Shown here in pieces: positions 49,001 to 62,277 of a DNA stretch of 64,000 nt. Positions within the stretch are counted from its first letter, which is position 1. Each line of letters begins with the position of its first letter. The DNA lies in assembly GCA_036172245.1 (NCBI GenBank), contig JAYWIR010000009.1:124001-188000 (forward strand). Reading direction: 5' to 3'. The position numbers and the translations under genes are program-made. Below the pieces are notes generated by a model. The model made no database searches. It saw only the letters and a list, made by a program, of their open reading frames with translations, and was not told where the DNA came from. The DNA comes from Raillietiella orientalis. Lineage: Eukaryota.

Positions 49001-52000
49001 TTATGAAGGAGACAGTTCACGATGTTGATGATCACGCCCACACTGGCCATCACCGAGTTGACGTATTGCGTTGCGTTGTATCTCATCTCCGAATGGGTGG
49101 TTTCTATGGCACGGTGAGTGAAGTTCATCTAAATGCGTCAGCAAGCGAGATTCTAAATCTCGCCTTATGCTTTGTGCTTGTCTGCTTTGGTTTTCTGTTC
49201 AACACTCTCTTTTTTTCGTTACTACGATTGTGTGTATTTGTTCATAAGGTCGTGATTGGGTTACGGAGTGCACTGAGTGTGGCAGTCGTTTAAGTAACGA
49301 AATTGCTGTGAACATCCAAAGCCTATGTACTTGAAGCAATTTTCTTTCTGGGGATGTTCCCCAGTAATCGTTGAGCTGGGGTAGTCCCTGCATGTTCCCG
49401 ACGTGGAGGAGTCCTAAAGCTATGCACCCCGTCACTTACTGCTAGTCATTCTGATGATGAGGGAATACGAGTGAATGCTTTCTCACGGCAAGACTATCGG
49501 ATTAGCATGGTCTCCAATGTTAACTTTCGCGTTTTTCCCCCGACGGTACTCTTCGGGTTAAAGAATTATGGTGTCCACGAAGAAGAATGGAAGGTTGCAA
49601 AATTATTCGAAATCCAGTGACCCTTATCCGAGGAGATTTCTTTTTTTACTCAGCGTGTAGTTAGGCGTTTTTGTGTTCAAGAATCTGATAATGGCGGATA
49701 ACCCATCGTCTGTATCGAATACCTCTGTGGCTCATTCCTAGGGCTAGAATCCGCAAGTGTGTTTTTTATCCGGTCGTAGATGTACATGCGCAGCAGCATT
49801 CAGATGTGTGTATAAATATTGCTGAATTTTCCGCAGGAGTTATTTCTTCAACAAGCTCAGTACCCAGGAATTAGCTCCCTCCTGCCTGAGTTTCTGTTGC
49901 ACCAGTTTTAAGGATGCCTTTATGTGGGCAAGGCGGAAGAGTCTGTCTGTCTCACTTCGGCGTTTGTGCCTCTCGGTGCATTGGGTGTGCGTTTCTCCTT
50001 TCTCCCTCCTGTGCTGAAATGCAGCTTCTCAAAAATATCTCTTAGCACGCAACGTGGCATTTCTTCTGTGTTTTCTGCCAGTTCACAGAACTTGTGTTTC
50101 TGCTCTTCAAGAGCACGAAAGGTCTGTGCTTTGCATTTGTGAAGGTGTACAATATCTGTACTTTGGAGATTTTGGACGTTATCCTTCAAGACGGTGTTCC
50201 CTTATTAAGTTCTTGTCTCTTCACGCAGTAATTGTGGCTCGAGTGGTCTAATTCTCCTATATTACGTTAGTGATTCCACTTAAGACGGTGCTGAATTTGT
50301 GAACCTGCTGTTTTCGTAGTTACAGCCTCCTCGTTCAGAGGAGACGAACGATCGAGTGCGGAGGGTCGTATGACTGTATTTTCTTCTGTGATGCCATGGT
50401 CTGAGTATCTTTTTAGTGGCAGCCTCCCCCGAAAGTGCACAGATGTGCATCTCCTTTTTTGGGATTAGGTACATGGCTAGCACGAATTTATTAAAAATGC
50501 TGTTATTCCACTGATTTTTTTCGGGCCCCTCGGCAGGAAAATTTTTTCTTGTTTTGGCACTTTCGGCACGGCAGCTCGACTAGTTGAGTGTCTCCACTGA
50601 CTTCTTTCCACGTATATTGGAAGCATAGGGTGTTAGATCCAGTCTTGAACGAAATTTTTCTTCTGGTGTCAAGGTGGATTTTTTGTCTGCACATCGGAGT
50701 ATGAGACATGGATATCTGTTCCGTTTCTTCCTCCTCTTGAGCACGAAACAACCTTTGTCCATCTGCTGAAAAGGTGTAAGAGTCTATCTTTCCTCACATT
50801 GTGGAGTTTCTGACCATTATATTTGGCACTCAGTAATGGCTTCCTGGGTTTCGACAGCAACTTGTGAGGTCTATGATAAATCTCGAACTTGGTGTTTCTT
50901 TTGTTGTAGTGGGTAAGTGGTGGTCAAAGAAAGGCAGCATCTATCTCGCTGTGCTGGTAACCATCGCTTCCTGTGCCACGTTTCCTCTTGTGTTTACTTC
51001 AACATTAATTAATAATGCGTTACTAATTGGTTAGGGCGCTGTGACGATGCAAAGCAGAAGTCACCGCCATATTGCTGCCGAATTTCTCGTTCCCGTGCTC
51101 TGACTTTTCATGCTATCCCAGGTTCCTGCACCAAACTTATCATGGCTTATCATGTGTCCTGTCACCTGCTCTCTTAGCTTCTCAGTTATCGTATTAACGA
51201 TTTTTTCTGGCATCAAGAAACTTACTGTCATGCTTAAGTAAATGGAGCGGCGGGCTTTCAGAAGTGGGTGTACACTGGAATCTTTCTGTTGCGTACCACA
51301 CGCCGGTACAAGGAACGCATGGCATTGCACTACGATGTGCAGTACAGTATCACTGGGTAGTCTCTAGGCGCACATTACTTTTTCTGCGAGCAACTTGAAA
51401 TGTCTTGAAATTCTTATTCAGTCTGCTTCAACAAACCCTCCACGCGCTCTTTGAAAAGTTCCTGGCACTCCTGGAAGGGTGTGCGCCATTCCCGTCGGGA
51501 GCCACTGCCTTCCGCGACAAATTGGCTGGAGAAACATGACCACCCGCTTTCATTATCATCTATATGCATCTTCCTGTAACGATCTTTCTTATCTCTGCTG
51601 GATCTTCAAGAGATTTTCCCTCGATTTGTTTTTCCTCGCTGCCGGGCACCACCCTCATTTCCTCTCATGTTCGGGAATCCGAATGTAACGTTGCTTTGCA
51701 GCCCTGCGAGGTCAGGGCAAATTTCCAGCGAGGTTTCCTCACCACCAGTTAGTGATTTCTCACCCTTTAAAGAAAGAGCTGTTCTTTTGTGTCATTCTCA
51801 TTGCGCCCGAGTAAGGGCCAGGTGTCTGTGTTTTTCCAAAACTGATGCCGGGATTATCGTGACAGCAAGGAGTTCGAGCGCTTTCTTACGGAAGTTTCGG
51901 CCAGCAATTCTCGAATCAAGCGCTGAAGTGGCTCGGTCTTCCAGTTTTTCCCGAAATTTGCTCCTCGTAAGCTCCGGATGGCGAGAATGCCCTCTTTTGC

Positions 52001-55000
52001 GATCAGTGTCAGAACCGGAAGAAGGTTTCTTTCCCTGAGAATATGCAGAACATTGGAGTGTGCGGAACACCGCGAACATGGCCAGTTAGCACGGAGCGCT
52101 CAAAACCTGAACTCTTTCGCTCCTCCCTTGCCACGCGCTGGAATGTGTGCTCGAAATCGGGATCGCTAAAGACTTGTCCTTTTCCGACTGCATTTCGACA
52201 GTGTGTTCATACAAACCACGGCAAAGAATTCGAGGTTTGTAAACAGGAAAGAGGGCTGTACTGCGCGGTTGTTTGAAGAAAATGGTCATGCAGATGGGGA
52301 GGAAGTCATCCTGATTTCCCTTCCTGATTCATTCCTCAGTTCGTGGTGGTACCTTCTTCTGAGGATGCAGCGTGTCCTTCGTTCTCCTCGAGATCTCGGG
52401 ATGGGAACGAACGCTTGAGCAGAGAGCCGCGTGGCGTTCACTTTTCCGGATTCCTCAACGTCCGTTTTTCTTGTTACGGAGGCTTCCACTCTGTGCGACA
52501 TTTCACTGGGGTTGGCACTTTCCTGGTTTGGTTGCTCTTTTGAGCAGTCTTCCAAGAGCGTTTACAGCTAGTGACCGTTTACGTATACCAGTCCTCGGTT
52601 GACCAGGTGGCTCCTGCAGTTGACGCTGGCTCTTTTAAAGATTTGTCACACTCCGTTACTCACTAAGAAATGGATTGGAACGATTCTAATCAGCTACGCG
52701 AGGACGCGTTTGTTATTACTAATGAGTTGGAATTTTTCTACATCCGTCAGAGGCTTCCATTCCTTAGCAGGAATGCGCTTCAGAATCTCTTTCTTTCCGG
52801 ACTTTACTACGCCAAAACGACTGCGACACTGAGAGTCTGAGCGAATGTTCCTTTCCGAATTCATCAGCTATCCTGCGACACTACAGAAATGTGACCCCTG
52901 TGAGGTACCTTTCAGCGAGCTGGTTAGTGTGTTCTTTGTCACGTTACGGCGTGCTTTCCTCAGGAGTGCATTGCAAGAATGTGCGACTTGGGTTTTATCT
53001 AATCGGTGTCTTTCCAACGACGCTTTTCGCAAGAAGTCAGAAACGTGCCTCACAGGCATAAATGTGTGAAGAGTCTTTGCTGAAACTTGTGAACCCTGTA
53101 GGTCCTAGGGATTTAATGAACAAATGGTCTTGCTAAAGTTGCAGTGGGACAGCATGCCTTCTATTTCTCTCACAGTCTTCAGTATCTGCAGGAATCCAGT
53201 AGAGCATCACTGAAGGCTTGCATAGCAGCATGGCAAGTGTTCGTTCTCGTGTTGCGGATTCCATGTTCACAAATTATGGAAACATTATTACTTTGTTCAA
53301 ATGTTATCCAAGCGATCAAGGTTTCGAGCAGCTTGTCTTCCAAGTGTGCTTGAAGCTCACCTTATAGTTAGGTGATTCCAAATTGCATCCTGTCGACAGG
53401 TTAATTCTGTGACTTCTGAATTAAATGGTTAAACGAGGTAGCTACGGCCAACCCTCAGAGTTGAAGGATGGCCGTAGCTACCTTGGATTTCGTTGGAGGG
53501 TTGTTTCTACATCTATAGGACTGGGCAACGGGCAAGCATTTATGTCAAAAATGCATCATTTCGTTTGTTCTGCCGTTGTAACCCTTTCTCACTCGTCGAA
53601 GGAAAATAACGAAAGAGTGACGGAGTCCGCTTACTCGTTAGAGCAAGCATGGAATGCTTTCAGCTTTACGTCTGCAAGGAGTCCATCCTTGTGTTTTGAT
53701 CTGATGATCTTGCAATCCCCAAAAGGCCGTTCCTTCACGTGAGATTGTCTGGCTTCTTATCAGGGAATCAAGGACCCGGACATGTGGCGTGGACGAGGCA
53801 TCTATTTATGATGCGTTGCCTGCGATTTGTAGGCAGGATTTCTATATCTTGTGTTCAATGTTGCAGCTGATCTAAACGGACTTCATCATTGCAGCATCGT
53901 TTAATCTGCTGCGTGAACTTACCAGACAGTTGTTGTCTGGTAAGTTCACGCAGCAGATTTGATATTTTATATGGACTTTAGGTTTCGCGAAAAGTATTTT
54001 GCCCTACTTGTGCCACGGTGTGTGGAAGTTCTTGGTGTGCTTCGCATTTCCTGTAGCGTGACATTGTGATCCTTGTAGCTGTTTTGTTTCCCCCAAGGAT
54101 TTGATACTCCAGCGTTTTCCAGATACTGCTCCTGTCATTTTTCTGATAACGATGCAGTCACGATCCTTTTTGCATTCTTGCTTTTTTTGACTTTTCCGGA
54201 TTCAGAGTATGAAAGTGCATGTCGTCTCATCAGTGAAGGTGTATTTTAAATTTTGAGGAAATTTTGCATCCGTCCTCTTACGATCTATCCTCTTCTTAGG
54301 TGAAGTCGAGCACAACTCACCTTTTGTTGAACTTTGTTTGCGGCTTTTAGAGTTTGGAATGTTTTTGCTCATCCGTTTTTAAATCCTTCCCCCTCCCCCC
54401 CCCATTTTTTCCTTCTTTTAATCAGATGAAACTGAACTGGCATGTTCTTTGGTATGTTTGCAGTCTGGAGTCCTCCAGACGGACGCATTTTCGTTGCCGC
54501 GCGATTTTTTGTTGCAGATTGCCGTGAGGATTTGTCGTCAGGAGGATGTGTTGATGGTCGGACGTTTCTAATAAGAGCCTCGACACACTATGGGCTGTTT
54601 CGATAGTTATTATTCACCGATTTATGGCGTGCATAAGTAATCGAATCTTCAGTTCTCTCACTTTTGTTAGATGAGCTTGGCTTCATGTGCTTTCGTAGTT
54701 CTCACGAGTTGCGTTGCGTCTTCTGTGGGGACTCTGTGCAGCGGAAGCGAAATAATTGGCAAAATTCCTTGCCTCGCCATCGCCTTTTTTCCTGGTTACC
54801 GTTTGCCAGTGAATTATTCACCATTTTCGTTTACGATCGACTTGTACAATTCCTGTAGTTTCTTTTAAGGTGAAATGCTTGCAAGAAGAGCAAACGTGTT
54901 CGTCGGCAAGCACGACAAACAAAGAAGACACAACTCAGGTACCTCAAGAAATGCGGCTGACAACTAAGACAGCAGATTCAGTCACTCACTTGGAAAAAGA

Positions 55001-56138
55001 GATTTCTCTTCTCACTAGGTAGATACGAAAACGCAATTCGTTTCCGGAATATCGTTGTGATCACTTGCAGGCAAAATGATGCGTTGAAACACCAGTTAGA
55101 GAAATACATTCTCGCGTCCCAGATTGCATGCACCCAAGAGAAAATTTCTAATCAGTTACTGGCGCTTAAAAAATTTAGGGAAGAAACAGTTACGAGAGAT
55201 TATCATCATGAAGCAGAAGAATTTGAAAGAAAACTTATACAGGTGCGGGAATCATAAATAAAGAAAAATACTTAAATTTGCAAAATAGGTTGTAGACATG
55301 CACGGAGAGCTAATGGAGTACAATCAGATGCTACAGAAACAGCTGTTGCAGAAAGATCTTCAGATTATAAAGCTGCAAAAGGAACTGACGAATTTTGTAG
55401 GTCCTTTGGATCACTCTTCTGAGGATCTGCCCGATGACATGAGCATTATCAGTCTGAGCGAAATTAGGTTTAATACTTTCTCTCTTCTGCATCTATGGAT
55501 TCCATCAGCTTTCCTCACCGGGTGGAAGCATAATGTTTATCATGTTTACCAGGTCATCTTTTGAAATATCTCAATTTTTTTTTGTAAGCAGTTCAATCCA
55601 GGTGTTTTTGCGTGTGCAGAACACCGAATGGAACATTTACAGACGTTATTCGCATTTCTGGGAGCTACATAAGCAACTGTGCAAATCATATCCTTTCATC
55701 AGGACATTTACGTTTCCCCCTAAGAAAGTGCTGGGACGAAAAGTAAGCTATGTCCAGTTAAGGATCTGAGCATATTATGGGAACAGCTGGTTCCTGAAAA
55801 CTTGCACGGACTGTTAATAGTCTGATCTTTGTTGAAGTATCACATAAAACTCAATGTTGTCGTTTTTCAAGGCCTCATCATTCATAGAAGAAAGGAGAAA
55901 AGAGCTTCAAGAATATCTCCGTAATGTGATCTGTGTAATTATTCATAGCGAACGGGAATTGAGCTACAACTTGTCGCGTGAGAAGCTGATCAAAATGTTT
56001 CCTTTTTTTGGGTAAACATAATTTGTGGAGATTTTCAATTGCTGACATAGGAATAGTACTAGTTTTCTGGAAAGTGCGAAGCATTCGTCCAAAGTTACAA
56101 AAGGAAGGGATAACCATCCTGTCTACACAGGGCTGTAA
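37099..56138 (+). CDS. SNX29: Sorting nexin-29 (RUN + coiled coil + PX)
   Basis: Exon near 37099-37331 (VKECQKTFGGEVKKLATESD...LQHGLK); RUN exon about 38737-38981 (GRGRAWLRSSMNEHSLEKY); 39055 onward (GLGSILFAL). Small middle exons near 43.6-44.0, 47.6 and 48.3 kb are approximate. Coiled-coil exons at 54.87-55.55 kb (MHGELMEYN); PX domain (IPSAFL..., WNIYRRYSHF, FPPKK); last exon ends HPVYTGL with TAA at 56136-56138. The start Met is uncertain (37099, 37120 or 37129). Confidence 0.9.
44300..45520 (-). mobile_element. Decayed Penelope-like element (RT plus GIY-YIG remnants) in SNX29 intron
   Basis: GC-rich insertion. The minus strand shows GSPMG at about 45400, then ICDLCRKSC...YVGVNQSLERLLK at about 44620-44690 (cf. 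C..C...YVG.T...L..RL), then a broken CTGATGA hammerhead-like motif at 44353-44310. Confidence 0.5.
49250..52100 (-). mobile_element. Decayed Penelope-like RT remnants (probably two copies) in SNX29 intron
   Basis: In order on the minus strand: DRKRG (cf. ADKG, about 52.0 kb), MRSLY (cf. DV.SLY, about 51.31 kb), IDAAF and NTKFE (cf. YIDD.F and NIKFT, about 50.9 kb). A second set has CGATAC-A-GACGAT (RY.DD, about 49.71 kb) and NLPFFFVDT (cf. LPFLD, about 49.58 kb). Riddled with stops and frameshifts. Confidence 0.45.
53903..53959. repeat. Perfect 26-bp inverted repeat with 5-nt spacer
   Basis: AATCTGCTGCGTGAACTTACCAGACA-GTTGT-TGTCTGGTAAGTTCACGCAGCAGATT. Confidence 0.95.
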
Positions 56139-57863
56139 GGCCCTACCTCCTGCATTCAATAAATTATTGGTGTATTCTTATTTGATTATCTAATGCGCGT
56201 GAAGCGGTTGTTTGGTGCTACAGCGAGGCAAAATTCTCTTAAAGTGAGAATTGCCGCCAAAATTTTGTTCAGAATGCACAGACATGCTAGTTCCAAACTA
56301 ATTCAATGAGTGCTCTGTAGCTGTCAACCGGCAAAAGGCATTTTGGAAGATCCTTTTGGATGATGTGGTGAAAATGTTCCAGACAGAAATATCGTTCTCT
56401 GCATCCCACATGAACATGGCACACACTGACTAATTCTCCCTTGTGACTTGAAAATCAGAAATTAGACATTTCACCATACATTATAAAAAATTGACTGTTC
56501 GTGTTGCAGAGATTCAACGATTGTTTCGTCAGCCAGAGAATACTGTGCAGGTTTCATGAGCTGCCTTGAATGCTGACCAGAAAGATCAAATTTTTGATCG
56601 GGCGTTTTTGAGACATTGCATCGTATCAAAAAAAATAAAAAATTCGCTTTTGCAAGAGTAAGAGGAAGCCATAATTATGTGAGAAGTAATTTTTGTGCTT
56701 TGCCTGCTGATATAATTTCTCAAGTTTCTTAAGGGTAGCACTGACAGGAGGAGCATGACCTCTTGCGTGTTCGAAAGTCGAGTCGCATCATTTTTGCAAT
56801 TTTGTGATTAAAAAAAAAAATTCTTTCCAAGTATGCATGTAGGTTTTCCCTTTTTTACAGTAATGGCCCAGGCATACCCATGTATGCCATTAAAAAATGC
56901 AGTGAGCAAGTCGACATGTCTCAGTCTTTTTATTTCGGTGATGGTGATTATTGATTTCAAGTTTTTCAAAGCTGGAAGATGGAAGTGCAACTAATTACTT
57001 TCCTAGGAATGCATTGGGCTACGTGTGGGCAAAGTGCAAGCACATGCTAAAACTGAAGACCTGTTAGCCTTACTGATACATACATGGTGAGAAATCATAT
57101 TCTTACACCCAATGCATGATCAGTACTCCTTTTTGTGATTGGATGTAAGCTCGTAACTAAAATTGTTGAAAAAATCTGAACTGTTCAGACATCCTGAAGT
57201 CTGTTGTTTAGACCAACCCCAAATTCTATTCACAAGTTAAACTTGTAAATGTCTCCTTAATGATATCAATGAGTATATCTTTTGTCTAACATTTTATTTT
57301 TCTATGAAGTTATCAGCTGATAAAGTACACAGCCATGGCCTTGTAGGTGAAATGTGTTGGCAAGGTAAAAAGAAATTGAGTAAATGTTCGGTGGTCAGCT
57401 GCTGTTGCCCATGGGATAACCTAGGAAGAAGCTAGAGCATTTGTAAATGTTTTTCACTAATGCCATAAAGATCTAGAGCCTGTAGGTAAAAAAATACTAA
57501 GGGAACATGAGATGCATTAAAAGAACCCATTATAAATATAATAATAATAAAAAAAATCTTGATTTTTGTTCCCTCAAAACTACCATTTCAGTTGCAATTA
57601 ATGCTGATGATAATCAGATGATCTTAGAGCTTAATTCCCTTCCTTTCTAAGGCACATACATGATTAAGAAGTACACAGATGCACAAATGTGTGCACATAA
57701 TAGGACTGTCTCAATGAATTGTATCGCTTTCAGATAGAATTGTAATATATTCATTCATGAAACACCCCATTACAGCACTAGTATACATGAAATTCCCTGA
57801 ACCACTGAATACTTGCTGACTTACACCATAGATATATGTAAAAAATGTGTTGGAATGCTTTTG

Positions 57864-59615
57864 CTACACTTGGTTATCTTCAGTACTTTTACTCGAAGCC
57901 TTCCCATTTGCTGATTCAAATGCATGTGAACTTGTTTGCTGGCTAGAAGTCACACCTTCCTCCAAAAGTGGCTTTGATGTTTGTATTTCTTGAGTTGCAG
58001 AATCATTAGTTTCATGCTTTGTAGCTAAGGAAGCACCTCCAGAAGGTCCATTTAAAATTTCAGCCAATGAATACTTTGGTGTCATGTCACCAGCAGTAGC
58101 TAGCTAACAAACAAATCATCAATCAAAACCAAACTCAGCAGACCTCTGTTATGCTTTCACGATCTTTTGTCTTCAAGACTGGGTGAAGTTGCAGAAGAGC
58201 ATGGAATGGTGCTCTACAAATTGGGCAGTTATTTGATTGATACCGAAGCGAATCAGCACAGGGATTACACAGGCAAAGGTGACGACATGGTAGGATTAGA
58301 GTATCTCTGGGATCACACATACAGATTACGCATTCACCAGCATTTTCCTCCACTTCATCATCTGATACCTGCTGCTCAAGAAGTTTACATTTCTATAAAG
58401 TTACTTTACTCACACAATCCCTCATTTGCACTTTGTTTTCTAGTCCATACATTTCTTGCAATAGATAGCAGACACCATCAGCAAACAACTTTTGCTTCAA
58501 TGTCTTCAAAACAAATGTTCCATCAGGTAGTTTTTCCACAACAGCTAAGGTTGATTGCCACTGTCTAGGTTCTAAAAGCAAAACATTCATTTTAAATTCT
58601 CTGATGAACTTTTCATTGCATCATTGAGGACTCATACATTTTGTAACTTATCACTCAAATCTACAAAGCAATATGCTAATTATGCTAATTCTGTTTGTGT
58701 GAAATTTTACAAAATAGCAGATGTTTTAAAATTGAATTACTTTTTCCTTCTTTAGCTTTACAGAGTATTACTATGGGTATGATTTTATCATCAACATGAT
58801 ATGTTAGCTGTTCCTCAGAATATTTAGTTGGATTAAATATATGTTGTGAGCAACTAAACACTTGCCCTGCACCTTTGTTGAAATGAGATATTTCTGAACT
58901 CATGTTAGGATCTTGGGACTTATATCTATTTTATGACAGTAAATATTAAATGAATATTAATTATGAGCAACTTACATTACTGCATTGTTTCTGAATTCTT
59001 CAATACAAAAATAATGAATCACAACTGTGCATTTACAATCTGCATCAAATGTGAATTCAATATTATATGAATGACTATCATCATCACTGATTTGATCTTG
59101 ACAAACAGGTTTCACAAATCTCAGGCTTTCTCTCCTGATATTTACTAAGCTTTTCAAAGTTTTTGTTGGTTCGTTGGGATGTGGTATTGGATATGGAAAC
59201 TAATACATGAAGTCATGAAGATGTTTTACAAGTAATTTTTAAAATAACATATGATTTTCAGCACAGCTTAAATACTATCCAACTAAGAATCATTACTTTT
59301 CATGCAAATCAATAAATTTTTAACAAAGCCTTCTAAATACGTGTATAAAGTTAACTTATTACTGGTATTGGCTTTGGTCCAATAAAATGTAAATCCGCTA
59401 TTTCTCCAAACAAATAGGATTCTGGCTGTAGGTTATCGAATTTTTCACCTCCCATAATGAAATGATTTCCAAAGTATTTACCTGAAATTTATACCTCATT
59501 AGTGAAACTAAATTCGACACTACAACCAACCATGTGCAGGAGGGTAAGAATAGTGATTTAAGTCAGCATGGTGTTCATCATTTTGCCGACTATGCACTCC
59601 AAACACGGAACCCAT
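57864..59615 (-). CDS. MGRN1: E3 ubiquitin ligase MGRN1/RNF157 family (Mahogunin)
   Basis: MGSVFG start; YFGNHFIMGGEKFD..QPESYLFGE..DL; TKTLKSLVNIRRESLRFVK; YNIEFTFDAD; LKQKLFADGVCYLLQEMYGLENK; RING CVICMCDPRDTLILPCRHLCLCNPCADSLRYQSNNCPICR. Short GT-AG introns; the C-terminal end is less certain. Confidence 0.93.
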
Positions 59616-60640
59616 GAAATCAAAAGGCTGAAATAAACAAAGGTCGATAAGTTCCGACAAAGCAACACCTTGGTTGAATTTTCGGCTAAAGATTCCGAAT
59701 ACGATTCCAGAACTTTTCAAGACATTCTGCAAGTTGAGACTTTTTGGCTACTTTGAATCCATACTCACCTCGTTTGCTATGCCCTAACCTTAGTGCTTTA
59801 CTGTGTCGCTAAAGTGCACCACGTCCACACGCGCGGCCCCAACGCGGGGGAAACTTTCAAAACTCCATGAGGTCTCTCTGTGCGACGTGGGGGACCACAC
59901 AACACTTCCTCGAGTCAACGACGTGACCACTTGCTGCACGTGAAAACAGCCTCCCTCCAAGCCGCCCCCGCCGTGCCCCGCCGCTTTCGCCCCTGCGGTC
60001 GACGCCCGTTGCGCCGCGAAGTCGTCCGCTGGACCGAAGAGGATACGGAAATCGATCGGGAAGCTTGTCCCACCCGGAAAACTGAGGAGGACTCCCATTC
60101 CCTCTCGGACAAGATGCAAAGAAACGTAATCGGCCCTTTCGGGATTCGTCCCAAGCAGCAGCAAGGACCTACGGCTGCTTTTGAACCCTTTCGTGGTCTC
60201 AGGAACGAGTCGCCGAATTGGTTTCTCTGCAAACTGCTTAAAAGCACAAAAACTTAACAGTACCTTTAGTAATGGTACAGTGGGGAATTATGCATTCTTA
60301 TTCTCATTCTTATTCTGTTGTTAAACCATTGCAGACTGTCCAGATGCTTCGGATACGAGTGCATAAATTCACAACTTGCTGCATCAACCTTCTTTTTCTT
60401 TTTTCTTTTCTTTTTTTTTTTTTTTTTTTTTTTTTACAAAATAGTCAGGAAAAATCAAGGATTTTCGTGATAAGTTCAAGCATGATTCATGAATTCTTTG
60501 CATAAATGTGAATGCTAAAAGATTAGCTTATTTACGTTATAATTGCCATTTAACTGCTCCTAGCTTGACTGCGTTAATGTTTGGGCAGCTGAAACGCAAA
60601 TCTTATTTCTATCATCTGATGTATGAAACCAAAATAAATA

Positions 60641-60678
<38 letters not shown>

Positions 60679-60798
60679 CACTCAGCATCAATTGCAATGC
60701 AATGAACCTGCTCACCCATGTACTTTAATTTACTTTATATGTGTACCATCTGAGTGGCAGCACGGCAAATGATCGCTCGGATGCGAGCTGACGGGTGC

Positions 60799-61618
60799 AT
60801 GGCTGCACCGTCGCTGGCCAAGGAGGCGCCGGCGAAAGCACCGAAAAATGAGCCATCGGCTGCTTATTTACAAGTGAAACGACCCCCACGACCTCGTGTG
60901 AAGGAAGCAAACAATTTTTATGTTTCCAAAACCACATCCAGTTCTGTAAGTGAACCAGCGGGAACTTGACAAATCTTCCGAACGCGGGTGGTGGGGTCTT
61001 CGTTTCCGTGCGGTCGCCGCCGGAAACGGCGCCTTACGTGATTCGAGTGTGAGTTCAGCTGAGCATTTCAGTTTAGGAAGACTGCAGTTAATACTTCGAA
61101 TTCAGAAAATCTGTGCCCTTAGTAGAATTGCAACAATGGGAACAATTGCATAAAATGTCACGAGCGAGGCTTCCTAAATTCGGTTCATGCCAGTGATGGT
61201 GTTGGCAGTTCTATGTTATCCTCTTTACGCAGTTTGTACTGAGTGTGGTTCTATTAATAATTGATTCCAGCACATGAATTTTCCAGCAGAAATGGATTTT
61301 CATTTTATTTTTTTCCAGAATCTTGTTTCCAAGTGTCAGAAAGCACTTCTTTCTTCGAATGCAGTTTTTCTCCATGGTTTGGGGGCTTCCGTACCAAAAA
61401 CTGTCAGTATAGCCCTGAAAATTCAAGATGAGAGCTCAGCTTCGTTGAACATTGCGACTCGTACCTCGACAGTTAGTTTGATTGGTATGTCGCAATAGAG
61501 TGGGTTTCAGAGCATACATGTGATTTCAGATGATTTCATCCCCCAGACGGATGATGGAGAGCCATTTTCAAAACAGCGAAAACAGTCTGCTATTCACATC
61601 AAAATTTACAAAAACTAA
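60799..61618 (+). CDS. POP7: RNase P/MRP subunit POP7/Rpp20 (exons 60799-60945, 61319-61484, 61530-61618; 133 aa)
   Basis: KRPPRPRVKEANNFYVSKTT, KCQKAL, VFLHGLGASVPKTVSIAL, TSTVSLIDDFIP, QRKQSAIHIKIY: Alba-like Rpp20 motifs, with phase-compatible GT-AG introns. Confidence 0.88.
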
Positions 61619-61646
61619 TGTTTTGTAGTGTACCGAATGCTAAAAT

Positions 61647-62051
61647 ATGTTATTCACCTTGGCAGAAGTGTTGAGGTGGTTGGGAATTACAGTGGTTGAG
61701 TTACTGATCAACTTGATAGGAATAACCTTGTTTTCCATTTTGCTGATGTTGAAACTAGATAATATCGCCGATATATCCTGGTGGACAGTTTTTTTGCCTC
61801 TTTTCATAAGTGATGGTTTGAATTGTTATTTTTGTGTGATTGTTGCCATTCGACAGTACCTAGATGGAACGTGCAAAGCAGCACTTTTCCGTGGATTGTG
61901 GAGTGCTACAATGCTTATGCTAGTGTTCACTTTTAAGTTTTTACTATGCAGAAAATTGTTAGGACAGAACAATCTCGATTATTCTGTAGTTTTGTCTTCA
62001 CTTTTCATTGTTTTGCATGTTGTACTGTTCCGTGCTTGCCAAGTGCAATGA
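61647..62051 (+). CDS. TMEM203: Transmembrane protein 203 (single coding exon, 134 aa)
   Basis: MLFTL.E..RWLG.T..E, SWW.VF.P.F..DGLN.YF, LLC.KL, C-terminal RAC; hydrophobic multi-TM profile. Confidence 0.9.
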   Translation: MLFTLAEVLRWLGITVVELLINLIGITLFSILLMLKLDNIADISWWTVFLPLFISDGLNCYFCVIVAIRQYLDGTCKAALFRGLWSATMLMLVFTFKFLLCRKLLGQNNLDYSVVLSSLFIVLHVVLFRACQVQ

Positions 62052-62277
62052 TAAGGAAAGGAGACTAATGCACATATAAAGCATGTATTAAACTAAGCAA
62101 TTTTACTGTTTTAGAAATTCATGAGTTAACAAACTTTTAGTAAATGATTTAAATAATAACAGGAAGTTTCATGCATTCATTTCATGAACAACTTTGGATC
62201 AGCATCCTTGCTGTGATATGGATTAAGATTTTCAATATTCAGATCCAAAAGTGCAGTTATCTCAAACCTTATTGGAA

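Noticed and set aside
61616..61676. TAATG stop-start overlap as translational coupling to TMEM203
   Set aside because: The ATG at 61618 is out of frame with TMEM203 and gives only a short ORF.
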